From: an uncultured Candidatus Saccharibacteria bacterium
Lineage (GTDB): Bacteria; Patescibacteriota; Minisyncoccia; UBA6257; GWB1-50-10
Reading direction: 5' to 3'
Assembly: GCA_964466475.1 (NCBI GenBank)
Contig: CAYXNB010000001.1
Span: forward strand, 44,635 to 108,634
DNA length: 64,000 nucleotides
Part shown: one piece after another, positions 63,480-64,000 of the stretch
Position numbering within the stretch: the first letter of the stretch is position 1
Layout: each line of letters opens with the position of its first letter
Position numbers and translations under genes: made by a program
The notes under the pieces: generated by a model
Seen by the model: the letters and a program-made list of their open reading frames with translations, nothing else
Told to the model about the DNA's origin: nothing
The model's database searches: none

Positions 63480-64000
63480 TGAAAGAGTCCGAGCTCATTT
63501 TACAGGCCAAAAAGGGTGATTCCGAAGCATTCGGGACTCTTTACGACACATACGCCCCGGCCATTTACCGCTTTGCGCTTTTCAAGGTCGGTACGAAAAG
63601 CGATGCCGAAGACATTACCCACGGGGTGTTTCTGAAGGCCTGGAAGAGCGTCAGGAAGTACCGGGAAGAAGGACACCCGTTTTCGAGCTGGCTCTACCGC
63701 ATCGCGCAGAACACCATCATTGACCATTACCGCTCTTCCAAGAATCATCGGGATATTGATTCCCTGCCCGAGGATTCACTTTCCGAACATCCGGGATTTG
63801 AGGAAAACGTGGATCGGGGTCTGCGCGCGGAACTGGTGCACAAGGCCATACGGGAACTTGACGACACAAGCCAGAGCGTGCTTTTAATGAAGTTCGTCAA
63901 CGACCTTTCAAACAAAGAGATTTCGGCAACGCTTCAAAAGAGCGAGGGCGCGATACGTGTTATCCAGCACCGCGCGTTAAAGCAATTAAAGACGATCCTG
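63480..64000 (+). CDS. RNA polymerase sigma-70 factor, ECF subfamily (3'-partial, runs off window)
   Basis: Region 2 FLKAWKSVRKY...SWLYRIAQNTIIDHYR and region 4 SVLLMKFVNDLSNKEISATLQKSEGAIRVIQHRALKQLK; ATG 63480, no stop before window end. Confidence 0.85.

Noticed and set aside
1-64000. Prophage, IS element or integron
   Set aside because: No integrase, transposase, recombinase, terminase or capsid-like ORFs anywhere in the window; the only mobility signatures are the tRNA-end repeats and compositional islands.

Overview
This 64-kb window looks like a moderately GC-rich (about 50-55% by eye) bacterial chromosome segment. Several features match small-genome uncultivated lineages such as Patescibacteria/CPR; that placement is inference, not proof. 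The features are Wzy_C/O-antigen-ligase proteins with TPR tails, a giant Thr/Ser-rich surface protein with an N-terminal peptidoglycan-binding domain, ArfB, a group I intron inside a tRNA gene, and many 4-nt ATGA gene overlaps.

About 40 kb (roughly 5.9-45.5 kb) is one almost entirely minus-strand glycan-biosynthesis super-cluster:
- UDP-GlcNAc 2-epimerase (wecB).
- More than 10 GT4/GT2/GT-C glycosyltransferases, several as unusual domain fusions (GT4-GT2, GT2-methyltransferase, GtrA-methyltransferase, GT-C-like membrane domain fused to a uridine-kinase-like P-loop domain).
- Wzx-like flippase and Wzy-like polymerase.
- A GDP-mannose-derived deoxysugar module: two gmd paralogs sharing an 86-bp identical conversion tract, an Fcl/ColC-like reductase, an E1/ColD-like PMP-dehydratase with the Lys->His substitution, an Rmd-like SDR, a sugar C-methyltransferase, and a divergent formyltransferase + DegT aminotransferase pair.
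- A UDP-xylose module (a truncated mini UDP-glucose-dehydrogenase plus UXS).
- Two truncated nucleotide-sugar dehydrogenase homologs.
- A cryptic sub-cluster: two NTP-transferases, FkbM methyltransferase, class II aldolase, HAD, GDPD-like and HD hydrolases.

The cluster ends with two Wzy_C-type proteins next to the 1164-aa repetitive surface protein. I read this as a candidate general O-glycosylation system.

The rest is housekeeping: clpB, a DUF4258/DUF2283 toxin-antitoxin-like pair, htrA, a SIMPL protein, a cysteine desulfurase, mgtC, four tRNAs, an ABC-2 exporter, DedA, arfB, a YhhQ-type queuosine-precursor transporter and an ECF sigma factor. One tRNA (Phe-like, GAA) is split by a 253-nt group I intron with clear R/S (P7) elements.

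Other oddities:
- Heptamer tandem repeats embedded in-frame in htrA and the desulfurase, encoding the same DQG[SL]RIK peptide.
- A 120-bp imperfect palindrome between the SIMPL gene and htrA.
- Duplicated tRNA-3'-end fragments beside strong bidirectional terminators.
- Two AT-rich islands.

I saw no rRNA, CRISPR array, transposase or integrase. Coordinates I derived by hand (not taken from the ORF track) may be off by 1-2 nt.
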